Shown here piece by piece: positions 11,087-21,025 of a DNA stretch of 64,000 bases; position 1 is the stretch's first letter; each line of letters begins with the position of its first letter. Under the pieces are notes generated by a model that was given only the letters and a program-made list of their open reading frames with translations, was not told the origin of the DNA and did not search any database. This DNA comes from Ostreococcus lucimarinus. Its lineage: Eukaryota. Location: the NCBI GenBank assembly GCA_000092065.1, contig CP000593.1; one strand, written 5' to 3'. A program made the translations under genes and the position numbers.

Positions 11087-14000
11087 CTATTGGAGTGCGG
11101 TAACGATCGTATCCATGACCGCAGCCGCCGCGACGGCGTCCATCGAAGCGACGGTGAATCTATATCGTCCGCGCACGTTCGCGTCGCTCTCCACGCGAAC
11201 GCCCACAAAGACTTCACCGCATCGTTCGCCGACGAACCGGCTTCCCGCGATTAAGTTTGCGGGGTTTGGATCTAAGCCTTTATGTACGACGAGCCGCATG
11301 CCCGAGAAGGCGTTTGACACGCTTTCGATGCTCGTCGCGTACTGCTGCGACACGTCCATAATTTTCTGTTGCTGCCCGGCGGACGCCATCTGGTGCCACT
11401 TGGCGATGAACTCTTGCGGCGAAGCGATGGTCATCGGGCTCAAAAACTTGGTCACACGTACGGGCAACTCCAGAGACCTGGCACACGCCGCCGCGACGGC
11501 GGTGGACGTGTACGAAAACTCGAGTTTTGGCGCCGAGGCAAACGCCGACGTAATCGCTACTTGCAACATCAACTGCACCTGGCGCTTCGGTCCGATGGAC
11601 GCGGGGAAGGGTTGAAGACTGTGACGCAAGCCTTCGATCGACGGTATGACCATTCTGAAGTTTTGCAGATCCGCGCTCGCGGACTTGTTCCCAACGTAGA
11701 ACATCACGCGACCTTGAGACCCTTGCCACTGCGATTTCACGCCAATCTGTACGTTCGCGTCTTCATACAGCAAGCCGTTGTCGGCGATGAGGAACCGTTT
11801 CGCGCAGTCTTGAACGTTCACCGTGGGTTGAATACCGTCGCTCGACGTCAATGATTGTACCGGTGCCACGGGTTGCGTCGGTGCCGGCGCCGCGGGCGCC
11901 GGCGCACCCAGAGCTCCAAAGGCGTCTAAGGCGTCGCCGTGCGTCGCCGGCGGCGGTTGCGTCGCCGCGAGCGCGCCTAAGCCTAGTAAATCGTCTAAAG
12001 CGTCTGCGGACGATGTGGTCGTCACCGGCCCCGCGGGAGGTGACGTGGAACTCGGAAGTGCGAGACGCTCTTCTACCGCTGGAAGTGCGGGAGGGGCGTT
12101 TCCGAGAAGCTCGTCGAGATTCATCCCAGTCGACGACGGCGGAAGCGCCGCCGGCGCCGAAGATCCGTCGCCCATCAAGTTGCCGAGCAAATCTGTGACG
12201 GCATCGACCGGCGGTGCTGCGGCTGCAGGAAGCGCCGGCGCCGACCGCGCCTGAGCGCGGGGTTGCTCTCTCGCCGTCACGACACCACTCATGGCAAGTT
12301 TACGAACTCCCGCGGCGACGTCCGAGGCGACGTTTTCTACTTGTATGTGCTTCTCCAACACGCTCGAACGTTCAGGGTACTCGGGCATGGGCTCGAGAAT
12401 CGGTCGCATGTTCGGTCCGAGACGCAAGAGCTTCAGATATTCGTTTGCACGTTGCTGCAACTCGACGTCAAACGATGAGCTCATGTCGGTGAACACCTTC
12501 ACGATCTTACCCATCGACGCCTGATCGCAATTCTTGTGCATCGCAACCTTGACGAAGGCTGTGAGCATGATGCCCTGCGTGACCTCATCCGTATCCTGGA
12601 ACAGTGGCACTAAGAGATCGACGTACTGCGACGCGGGAATGGGAAGCAAATACCCAAACTCTCCGATGCAGTACGACATCGCGCGAAGCATGAGTTCGTT
12701 CGACGCGCCCTCGTCGCGCAACTTGACGAACATCAATTGCGCCGTGCGACCGTGAAGCGACGCGTCGTTGGTTGCGATTTGCACCATGCGATGCCACAAG
12801 TCGTCGTTGATGAAATCGCCCGCCTTGTCTATCATTTGCATCGCGATCTCAATGAACCACATGCGATCGTTCACGCTGTAGCGCTCGGCCAAGATGGCCG
12901 TTTTGAGCGCCAGTTCCTCGCGAATGTCAAAATCAGCGGTGACGAAGTACTTGATGAGCTCCTCGATGACAGAGTGCACGTTGGAAGCATCGCACATAGA
13001 AAACAATAAAGTCAACGCGCGGCGACGAATGGAAATGTCCGCGTCGTGCAACGCAGCCACGACTTGCTCTTGGTACACCTTTATGGCTTCTCGCAAATCC
13101 GCCATCGCCGCGAGGGCGTTGAGCGTGTTGAGAGCCAAGTAGCGAATATTCGGTTCCTTCATGTCGAGAAAATTCCCGAGAATCTCCACGCACGGGTCCA
13201 ACAGTTCGTGCGCGTAGTCCATGCTAGTAACTAAATTGATCGCCTCGAACAAGATGGCGTGCAGCGCATTGTTCTTATTGAAGTTTTTCACCGTGTCCGT
13301 CTTGGTGAGGATGTTTCGCATGGCGATGAGCTGCGAATCGAGCAGCGCCTGATCGTCTGGTGTGGGAAAGTACTGCAAAATCTTCATGCACTTCACCTGT
13401 AACCATGGAGAGGGAATACCGTAGTACAAATACTCGGGCGGAATGTCCTTATTCCTCGTCAATCGTTCCAACAACGCGATGACCTTGGGCACGCACGCCT
13501 CGTACCCTCGGTAATCGTGCTGCACGAGACCCAGCAACAAACCCAAGACGCCCATGAGCACCCCCAAATCGCGCTCGGCGTCGAGTAAGTCGGTCATTTT
13601 TGACGCGAACGTTTCCGCGAGTAAAATTTCAGGATTCTTACGAAACAACCTCAACAGACACAGCGCCGCCTTTTTCCGAACCACCGGCCGAATCGTCGGC
13701 GTCATCACAATCGTCTCCACGTCCCCAGCTAACGAATCCGCGAACTCCCGCCCCCCGACGTTCGCGATGCACGACAACCCCAAGCACTGATTCGTCTCAT
13801 TGCTCGAGATCACATCCGTGCGTATGCTATTGATGGCCATTCTCAAAAACTCGTTTCTCTCGTTCAATATCACCGACGTCGTCATGTACCCAACCTGTTT
13901 CTCCGCGTACGACGACGCCGATATCAACTTCAGCGCCTCGGTGTGTCCAAAGTCCACGTTATACCCGAGCATGTATATGTACAGCAGCTTCAGCACGTAC

Positions 14001-14322
14001 TTTTTCCGTTCGTACGCCGTGAGCGCGCGGTGGGTCTTATTGAATTTCCGTCGAATATTCGCCAGTTCCTTCTCCACGCGCGCGCGCTCTTGCTCCTGCG
14101 TTCGCGTTCGCGACGCGCGCGACCCTCGTCGTCAGTCCGCGCGCCTCTCTCTCGCGCTCTCGCCGCTCAACGCGTCACCGCGCGTCGTTTCGTTCGATCG
14201 AATGCCCTCGCCCGTCGTCGTCATCCCTCGCGCGCGCGCGCTCGCCGCACCTTATTACTGCAGTTCCGCACGTCTTGCACGAACACCGTCAGGCCGCGCA
14301 TACCACCGAGAAACGGCGCCAT
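11087..14322 (-). CDS. AP-2 complex subunit alpha (alpha-adaptin), two exons: complement(14251..14322) and complement(11087..14095) (about 1026 aa)
   Basis: Exon 1 MAPFLGGMRGLTVFVQDVRNCSNK matches human alpha-adaptin (GMRGLAVFISDIRNCKSK). Exon 2 EQERARVEKELANIRRKFNKT...KYVLKLLYIYMLGYNVDFGHTEALKLI... matches throughout, down to the appendage DPNPANL motif. The junction reads CSNK|EQERARVEKELANIR versus human CKSKEAEIKRINKELANIR. Confidence 0.9.
14096..14250 (-). other. Spliceosomal intron (155 nt) of the AP-2 alpha gene, introner-like family member
   Basis: Minus-strand reading: donor GTGCGGCGAG; internal gggcattcgatcgaacgaaacgacgcgcgg; branch GGACTGACGACGAGGG; acceptor GAACGCAG. Confidence 0.8.
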
Positions 14323-14542
14323 GTCGCCGCGCGCGCGCGTCGCGTCGCGTCGTCGAGTGCAGATCGTCCCGATGAGTCAACGGAAATTCGTCACAAATTC
14401 GCGACTCCGCGACGCGCGCGCCCTCGCGCGCGCTCGAACGCGCGATGCGAACGCGCACACGTATCTTTGTGCGCGTCTGATGGCGTCCGAGTCGCGCGCG
14501 CGAGCGCCGATCGCGCGCGCGAGGCGCGAAACGTTGAAGAAG

Positions 14543-17110
14543 ATGCCGCGGTCGAGTCGAGCGAAGCGGCGTCGCGGCGTCGCGGCGACGGCGCTCGCGC
14601 GCGCGCTGATCGCGGCGTCGTGGTCGTGCGTCGTCGCGCTGCGCCCGGGGGCGTCGATGTCGATCGACTGCGTGACGCCCGAGGTCGGGCCGGCGGTGGG
14701 CGGGACGCTGGTGACGCTCGCGGGCGAGGGGTACGGCGGGAGCGCGGACGCGGCGTGCGCGTTCGACGACGCCGTCGTCGCGCCGACGTCGAAGGGGACG
14801 CAGAGCGGGCACGCGACGATGGTGTGCCTGAGCCCGAGGCACGCGGACGATCGAGGAGGGTTCGTGAGCGTGGGGCTGACGCTGCGAAGGGCGAACCGAG
14901 CGGCGACGACGGCGCCGATGAATGAAAACGGCGAGACGTTTAATTTCGCGAAACAGATGTCGGTGACGAACGCGTACCCGACGGACGCGCCGGAGATCGG
15001 GGGAGAGGTGTTTTATTTGCAAGGGAAGCACTTGCACGAGGCGGTGAGCGTGCGATGGACGAAGCCGGTGACGCACGTGGGGGTGGACGTGGTGTCGAGC
15101 GCGTTGATTCGATGCGAGACGCCGCCGCTGACGAGCGGGGAGATTTCGTCCATGGTGATCGCGACGTTCACGGCGTCGCAGAGCGAGTACGACGCGAATG
15201 CGCTCGCGGCGACGACGGCGAATCAGACGGTTTCCATACCTCCGCGATCGCGCGGAGTGTTGGGATTTGTGTTGGAGACGAATGACTTTTCGCTCACGAG
15301 CGCCACGTCGAGCGTCAACGTCACGGGCGGCACGCCCGTGTTGGTCACGGGGAACGGTTTTAGCACCGTCGGCGGGGAGGACGACGGAGACTTTTTGAGT
15401 TGCTTCTTTGGCACGATAGGCCCCATCGACGCGCGCGTGACGGCGTCGAAGACGGCGACGTGCTACTCGCCCGCGCGCGCGGCGGCGGCGAGCGTGCCGT
15501 TGCGCTTGGGCATCGGCAACGGTCGCTTCGTACTCACGACGACCGTGAACGTGGCGTTTACCGAAACAACGCGACAGACAACCGACCCACTTGAGCCCGC
15601 GGAAGAGGCACAGAGCTTGGTGGTGATGAATCCGACGCTAGACGTCGCGAGCGGCGCGACGCCGTTTGACGTCGTCCTCGGCGGCAATTTCTTCGTTAGA
15701 GGTTCAGGTTTTTCTTTCGATTATGATGACGGTTGCGTGTGCACCTATCCCGATGCCTCGACTTCACGATTGGTGTACGTATCTAGCGCTATCGCGCGGT
15801 GTTTGGACACCCCGACTTGGACATCGGGAGAGGTGAAAATTAGCTGTAGCGCCGACGCGAACGCGGTGGTTCGCTCCGTGTACGTCGCCCCCGTGGCGGT
15901 GCCAACGATCACGAGCGTGGACGTGCTGACGATCACGCATCAGGGTGGCGTGGCGTTACAAGTCACTGGGACGTCGTATCCCGACGAAGGCGAGAGTCGA
16001 GCGTATTCGGGATGTCATTTCGGTGCCGTCGGTCCCGTGCACGCGCGATATATGAGCGGGACAGTTGCCGAATGTGTGACACCGGCGTTGAAGCCGTCGC
16101 AGAGCGCGCTCATGCTCGGGTTCGGGGCGACGGAGTCGGTAGATTTAGTACAGTACGGGTTGACTATTCCAGTCACCGCGGAGACGACGTCGGCGTACGT
16201 CGCGCCGCCGTTGTGGTTGACGCCGGCGACGACATACCTCGCTGCGGCGACGGCGAAAATAATCGTCGGGGATCATCAACAGCTCGGGACGTTGTCCGTG
16301 GGAACTTTGAAGTGCGTGTTCGGTTCAGGAAATTTAAATGCCACTGTCGGTACGTACGTCGCACCCTCAGTGCACTGTCCGACGCCCGCACTCCTGTCCC
16401 CAGGCTTCGTCGTCGTGCGATTGGCGCGCGACGCCGCCGCGGCGTCGCTCGATCCGCCGGCGATTTTGTTAGTCAAGGAAGACCACGCGGTTACTGGCGC
16501 GCATCCGCGCCAGACCTGGGGACCGGTAGACGTGATATCAATCACGGGATCGAATCTCATATCCACGCACGTCGAGGGAACGATAGATTCCGCGAAATCG
16601 CTGTGCGTGTTCGGCGGCGGCGCCGGCGTCTCTGGTGGCGTCGTTGTTTCGAGCGCGTTGATCATGTGCGAGTCTCCGCTCGCAGAGTCCACGGGTGTGG
16701 TCGAGCGTTGGGTGACGCCGTGTTTCGAAGAGTGCGATTCCACCAAAGCATTACCCACCGGATCGACCGCCTCCGCCTCGCACACGCGCGTGGCGTTGAC
16801 GTCCATGGCGCAATCGTACATGTCCGCCGTCGACGCGGCGAGCGGTTGGACATTCGGCGGCACGCCAGTTCGCGCCACGCTCTCCATCGCCGTCGCGAGT
16901 GAGATGCTTACGTGCCACTTTGGTTCCACGCGCGTCCAAGCCCGCCCCGCGGGAGTCGCCGTCGTCGAAACCGTCGCTTCGGCGCAGGGCGAAAACATTG
17001 AAATCGACTGCGTGTCCCCCGCGCGCGAGCGCGGATCCGTCACCGTGTACGCCACCCTGGCGCAATCCCGCGCCCCACTCTTGAGCGGTGTGGCGTTTCT
17101 GTACAAGTAG
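14543..17110 (+). CDS. Secreted or cell-surface protein with signal peptide and at least five IPT/TIG (immunoglobulin-like fold) domains (about 855 aa)
   Basis: ATG at 14543 (an alternative upstream ATG is at 14480). [33 protein letters not shown] looks like a signal peptide. Repeated IPT/TIG signatures: SIDCVTPEVGPAVGGTLVTLAGEGYG, VNVTGGTPVLVTGNGF, LTITHQGGVALQVTGTSY, ISITGSNLI, WTFGGTPVRATL. The track ORF start at 13943 overlaps the AP-2 alpha gene and is rejected. Divergent from AP-2 alpha with a 220-bp promoter region. Confidence 0.6.
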   Translation: MPRSSRAKRRRGVAATALARALIAASWSCVVALRPGASMSIDCVTPEVGPAVGGTLVTLAGEGYGGSADAACAFDDAVVAPTSKGTQSGHATMVCLSPRHADDRGGFVSVGLTLRRANRAATTAPMNENGETFNFAKQMSVTNAYPTDAPEIGGEVFYLQGKHLHEAVSVRWTKPVTHVGVDVVSSALIRCETPPLTSGEISSMVIATFTASQSEYDANALAATTANQTVSIPPRSRGVLGFVLETNDFSLTSATSSVNVTGGTPVLVTGNGFSTVGGEDDGDFLSCFFGTIGPIDARVTASKTATCYSPARAAAASVPLRLGIGNGRFVLTTTVNVAFTETTRQTTDPLEPAEEAQSLVVMNPTLDVASGATPFDVVLGGNFFVRGSGFSFDYDDGCVCTYPDASTSRLVYVSSAIARCLDTPTWTSGEVKISCSADANAVVRSVYVAPVAVPTITSVDVLTITHQGGVALQVTGTSYPDEGESRAYSGCHFGAVGPVHARYMSGTVAECVTPALKPSQSALMLGFGATESVDLVQYGLTIPVTAETTSAYVAPPLWLTPATTYLAAATAKIIVGDHQQLGTLSVGTLKCVFGSGNLNATVGTYVAPSVHCPTPALLSPGFVVVRLARDAAAASLDPPAILLVKEDHAVTGAHPRQTWGPVDVISITGSNLISTHVEGTIDSAKSLCVFGGGAGVSGGVVVSSALIMCESPLAESTGVVERWVTPCFEECDSTKALPTGSTASASHTRVALTSMAQSYMSAVDAASGWTFGGTPVRATLSIAVASEMLTCHFGSTRVQARPAGVAVVETVASAQGENIEIDCVSPARERGSVTVYATLAQSRAPLLSGVAFLYK

Positions 17111-17206
17111 TTTTAGCTCGTAGCGTCGCGTCGCGGCGACTTCTGTAGCGAGTCCGGTCGAACGAATTCGCGTCTCGCCGCGCGCCGCCCGCCGTCCCGG
17201 CACATC

Positions 17207-17955
17207 ATGGCGTCCCTCGCGCGACCGGGCGTCGCCTACACCCTTCGCGGCGCGTTGTATCTCGCGTTGACCAACCAAACGAATGCGACGCCGCTGACGC
17301 GACTCCGCGGACCCGCGTTCTCGATGCCGGCGTCGTCAAAGTTTCAGTTACTGACCGAGCCCGAGCCGACGGCTGCTGAACTCGTCGACGTCATCGACGC
17401 CTTCTACGACGCGCTGCCGCCCATCGCGAGCAGGTGCGTCGACGCGACCGCGCGCGCGGCTCGATTCCACCCGCGAGCGTCTCTCGCGCTCGATCGGACC
17501 CCGCGCTGACGAAAGAAGTGACTCTGGACGACGCGCGCAGCGGCGAGAGCGACCCGGGCGTCGTCTTCGCGGGATACGGCGAACCGTTGCTGCGCCACGA
17601 CGTGCTGTGCGACGCGCTGCGAGAGATACGAGCGCGAAGACACGGAATCGCGACGCGCGTCGCGACGAATGGACTGGTGGATGTGGCGGTGTGCGACGCG
17701 TTGCGGGACGCCGGATTGCGAAGCGTGACGGTTAACTTTGCGAGCGCGGATCCGGATGAGTACGCGCGAATCATGGCGCCGAGGGACGGAAGGACGCAAG
17801 GAGACGCGTTGGCGTTCATTGAACGATGTAGTGAACTCGGGATGGAGGTAGAGGCGACGACGACGCGAACGCCCGGCGTGGATATCGCTCGCGCCAGAGA
17901 GCTCACGATGGCGCTCGGCGCCAGCGCGTTTCGAGAACGCGAATATTTCCCTTAG
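17207..17955 (+). CDS. Radical-SAM-fold protein lacking the CX3CX2C cluster (cysteine-less, putative pseudo-enzyme), two exons: 17207..17433 and 17541..17955 (213 aa)
   Basis: Spliced product ...LYLALTNQTNATPLTRL...LLTEPEPTAAELVDVIDAFYDALPPIAS|S|GESDPGVVFAGYGEPLLRHDVLCDALREIRARRHGIATRVATNGL...VTVNFASAD... carries the radical SAM core motifs (GGEPLL-like GYGEPLL, TNG, VxVSxD). Where the canonical CNxxCxYC segment should be it has TNQTNAT. The intron is phase 2 and the splice restores the frame exactly (107 nt). Confidence 0.55.
17434..17540 (+). other. Spliceosomal intron (107 nt), introner-like family member, in the radical-SAM-like gene
   Basis: Donor GTGCGTCGAC, an identical 10-mer to the Derlin intron donor. 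Internal gcggctcgattccacc and gcgctcgatcgg. Branch GCGCTGACGAAAG. Acceptor GACGACGCGCGCAG (compare Derlin GACGACGCGCGCGCGCGACTCGACGCAG). Confidence 0.7.
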
Positions 17956-18007
17956 AGCATTTTCCCTTAGTTTATTGTGAATACGTGTTGTACAACGATG
18001 ATCGAAG

Positions 18008-20965
18008 CTATGTATTGTGCAGTCGCGATCTTTTCGCGGGCGTGAAGTCGTCGGCCAGCTTGCGGACGGGCGCACGATTCGCCAACGGCGTCGACATCGC
18101 GCCGCCGACGGGTGTCGCGGCGACAATTGCTCGCGGTCCCCCGCGCATCGGCGCGGGCGTGGTGCCGCCCATGGGCGTGCATTTCACTATCGCGGGCGTC
18201 GATAGCGCGCGGTTACCGCTCGGTGCGGGCGTGGCGCCACCTTGGAGAGCTGAATGGCGCGTAACGCCGCGAAACGTTTGCGGTCGCGGATGCGCGAACG
18301 TCGGCTTTTTCAAATCTTTGACGGACACCTTGACTTCCTTCGTGTTGTTCCGCCCACGCGCGAGGTGATGCCAGCCCTCGTGCGGTTTCGCCTTAATTTT
18401 GAGCTTCGGCGCCGGTTCTGCGGGTGCGAGTCTTTCCGGTGCTTTCGGCTTTCTTGGTGAGCGCCTGAGCGCGGGCACGGGAGAAAACGGCGTCAACGCG
18501 ACGGCACTTGCGTCGCCGCCGGCGTCGGGTTCCATGGTCAAGCCGAGATCGCGCTGCAACACTCGCAAAGTGTCTGGTATGAATCCGCTATAGTGTGGAG
18601 TCAACTCTGCCGCCATCAACGAGCGCACGCCCTCGACGCCGCAGGGTTGAAGAAGAAAATGAATCTCGTCCACCAACTTTTGCACAGACTTGACGAGTTT
18701 CTTTTGCTCTTTCTTCGAGATGGCGCGCTCTTCGACAGCCTCGCACGCGTCCGCGCCATTCTCATCGCGCACTTGCGTCACTTTGAGAGAAGCCAACTGC
18801 AGCGCGACGTGCATCTGTAATATGAACTCCAGCCGCTTGGCCGCCTTGGATGAGTGTACACCGACGTACTTTGCCTTGAGCTCTTTTGAATTCTTCGCGA
18901 TTGCGCGTTCGAGTCGCTCGACGAGATTATCGTCTTCGTTCGAGCCCACGCTCAAGCGGAATCGATAAATAATCTTGGCAGCGAAATCATGGAGATTCGG
19001 CTCGTTCAATCCGTCCCCACCTTCGAGCGCGCTGAACGTAGCGACGAATGACTCGTATTCCTCGAGCGCCGCCTGTTCGACATCCCCAGTCCATGGCGGC
19101 ACGTCAGCGTCCATTGCAAACACCGTTAGCGTAGACGCGAGCGATCGTCGCGCTCGTGACTTTCGCGGCGGCGAAACAATGCCATTATGGCGTTTGAGCA
19201 TGTCCTTGAACCGTTCATCGAGATTATTCAAGAGTTCGCCCGCGGTGTCTGAAGATTTCGTCGCTTTATCTTCCACGCGACGCAACATTTCTCGAGTCTT
19301 TGGCACCAAATCGCGCGAGCCGTACCAAGCTTCCAACCGAGAGGCATCTTGTTGCACGCCAATTCGCTGGTCCGCGATGAAAGCTTCCTCAAGGGTGTTC
19401 ACATCGACCGGCATCAGCGGCGCACTTGAGCTCTGCGTCGCAGCGTCCATCGACAACACTTGTTGCGTCAACGCTAAAGAATCCTGCGTCGCCGGAGGTG
19501 ACACAATCTTCTCGCGCACGTCTTCGCGAATCTTCGCGAGCAATACGTGCACATTTTCGAGTGACGCTAAACAATCTCGCCTCGACGCGAGTTTAACAAT
19601 TTCGCTCCGAGCGCTCGCTTTCGCTGCCGACGCGCGCGGGCACAGCTCGCCAGGCGTCGTCTTCAGGGAAGTGACGATGAAGGACGAACACGTCAACGGC
19701 TCTAGAATCGCGATCTGCTCGTGTCTCCCAGCATCGCGTCGGACGACTGCGACTGCGTCTTTTAGTACAAGCATCGCCATAAGCGCACGAATCGGCGAGT
19801 CGTCAAAGCACAAAATGGTTTGCGTTTCAACAGCCAGCGCCGCGGCTGAGGGCGCTTCGGCGCGGTCGATGAAACCGACAATGGCAATCGAACCGTCACC
19901 TCGACCATGATATCGCGCTTGATGGGCTTCGCCTAAGCGATGCGCCGATTGCGAGTCTCGAGTCTCGACGATTATGTCCACCGTACTTGTCGACTCCACC
20001 GTAGTCGTGGACGCGCTCGCCTCGTCACCGCGGCTCAGCGCCGAGAGCGTCGAATACAGCGGCAGCCAGGACGCGAGTCTGCTCGCGACATCGAGCGATA
20101 TCACCGCACCATTCAATTTATGAAACGTCTCTTGCAAGACGTCCGCGAACGCGCCCGTCGGTCCGTCGCCGACGTACAACAAATGCGCTCGAACGCGGTC
20201 TCGCTTGAACTTCTCCTCGATGCCTTTAAACAACTTGGCCACGTGCTTCGCATCAACCTTCGCCGCTTCCGCTTCCGACAGCTCGGGGAGTGCGGTGATG
20301 ATGAATAACGCGCTGTACTTCTCGCCTTCGTCGTCGTCGTCCGCGAAAGTCGCGGCGAATCCGCCGCCCGCGGCGGCGAAATCGTTCGTCGCCGCGCCGA
20401 CGTTCCGCGTCGCGTTCACCAACCAACTCTCGATCGCCCCCCGTCCATCCTCGTCGCTCGCCGCGACGTCGCCGCCGCTCGTAAATGTCTCTAAATACTC
20501 CCCGCACGTCGTCTCGCACGTCCTGAACGCGTCCTCGACGGCGTTTTTGTCGCACCGCCGAAACTTTCCAAACTCATCGCCGCGTCGTCCCGTCGCCTCT
20601 CGCGCCCGCGCGTCGAACGCGTGCGGCGGCACCGACCCATCGCACGCGCGCACGGTAAATTCAACGTCTTCGCCCGCGCGCCCGTCGACGGCGCGTTCGA
20701 GCGCGCGGCGCGCGAAGGTTTTCCAAGTTGAAGATTTAAAATCAGCTCCCGACGTCGACGCCGACTGCGTCGCGCTCGCGCGCTCGCGCGTCGCGCGCGC
20801 GTCGACGAGAAAGTGCACGCGTCGCGGGCGCGCTGTGTGCGCGGCGTCGACGCGCATGTCCCGCGCGCGCGGGTGAGTGACGCGGTGCCTGGATCCGAGC
20901 GCGCTCGACGCGAAGCCGAGCGGCGAGCGGCGAGCACACGCGCTGTCGGCTCGCGGACGCGCCAT
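18008..20965 (-). CDS. Hypothetical 985-aa protein with a C-terminal tail rich in Ser/Thr-Pro motifs; possibly a Treslin/Sld3-like replication factor (speculative)
   Basis: ATG at 20965. Non-repetitive composition over 900 aa. The C-terminus (TPAPSGNRALSTPAIVKCTPMGGTTPAPMRGGPRAIVAATPVGGAMSTPLANRAPVRKL) is packed with minimal CDK-type S/T-P sites. An N-terminal segment SALFIITALPELSEAEAAKV loosely resembles the Treslin N-domain. No decisive family motif. Confidence 0.45.
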   Translation of the reverse strand: MARPRADSACARRSPLGFASSALGSRHRVTHPRARDMRVDAAHTARPRRVHFLVDARATRERASATQSASTSGADFKSSTWKTFARRALERAVDGRAGEDVEFTVRACDGSVPPHAFDARAREATGRRGDEFGKFRRCDKNAVEDAFRTCETTCGEYLETFTSGGDVAASDEDGRGAIESWLVNATRNVGAATNDFAAAGGGFAATFADDDDEGEKYSALFIITALPELSEAEAAKVDAKHVAKLFKGIEEKFKRDRVRAHLLYVGDGPTGAFADVLQETFHKLNGAVISLDVASRLASWLPLYSTLSALSRGDEASASTTTVESTSTVDIIVETRDSQSAHRLGEAHQARYHGRGDGSIAIVGFIDRAEAPSAAALAVETQTILCFDDSPIRALMAMLVLKDAVAVVRRDAGRHEQIAILEPLTCSSFIVTSLKTTPGELCPRASAAKASARSEIVKLASRRDCLASLENVHVLLAKIREDVREKIVSPPATQDSLALTQQVLSMDAATQSSSAPLMPVDVNTLEEAFIADQRIGVQQDASRLEAWYGSRDLVPKTREMLRRVEDKATKSSDTAGELLNNLDERFKDMLKRHNGIVSPPRKSRARRSLASTLTVFAMDADVPPWTGDVEQAALEEYESFVATFSALEGGDGLNEPNLHDFAAKIIYRFRLSVGSNEDDNLVERLERAIAKNSKELKAKYVGVHSSKAAKRLEFILQMHVALQLASLKVTQVRDENGADACEAVEERAISKKEQKKLVKSVQKLVDEIHFLLQPCGVEGVRSLMAAELTPHYSGFIPDTLRVLQRDLGLTMEPDAGGDASAVALTPFSPVPALRRSPRKPKAPERLAPAEPAPKLKIKAKPHEGWHHLARGRNNTKEVKVSVKDLKKPTFAHPRPQTFRGVTRHSALQGGATPAPSGNRALSTPAIVKCTPMGGTTPAPMRGGPRAIVAATPVGGAMSTPLANRAPVRKLADDFTPAKRSRLHNT

Positions 20966-21025
20966 GAATGAATGAATGCGCGTATCGATACAAACTCTGC
21001 TGGAGTGATCACTAGTAGAAACTTC

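Noticed and set aside
13943-14542. First 200 codons of the 1055-aa track ORF for the IPT/TIG protein
   Set aside because: This part overlaps the AP-2 alpha coding exons and intron on the opposite strand and is Arg-rich. A signal-peptide-like start exists at ATG 14543.
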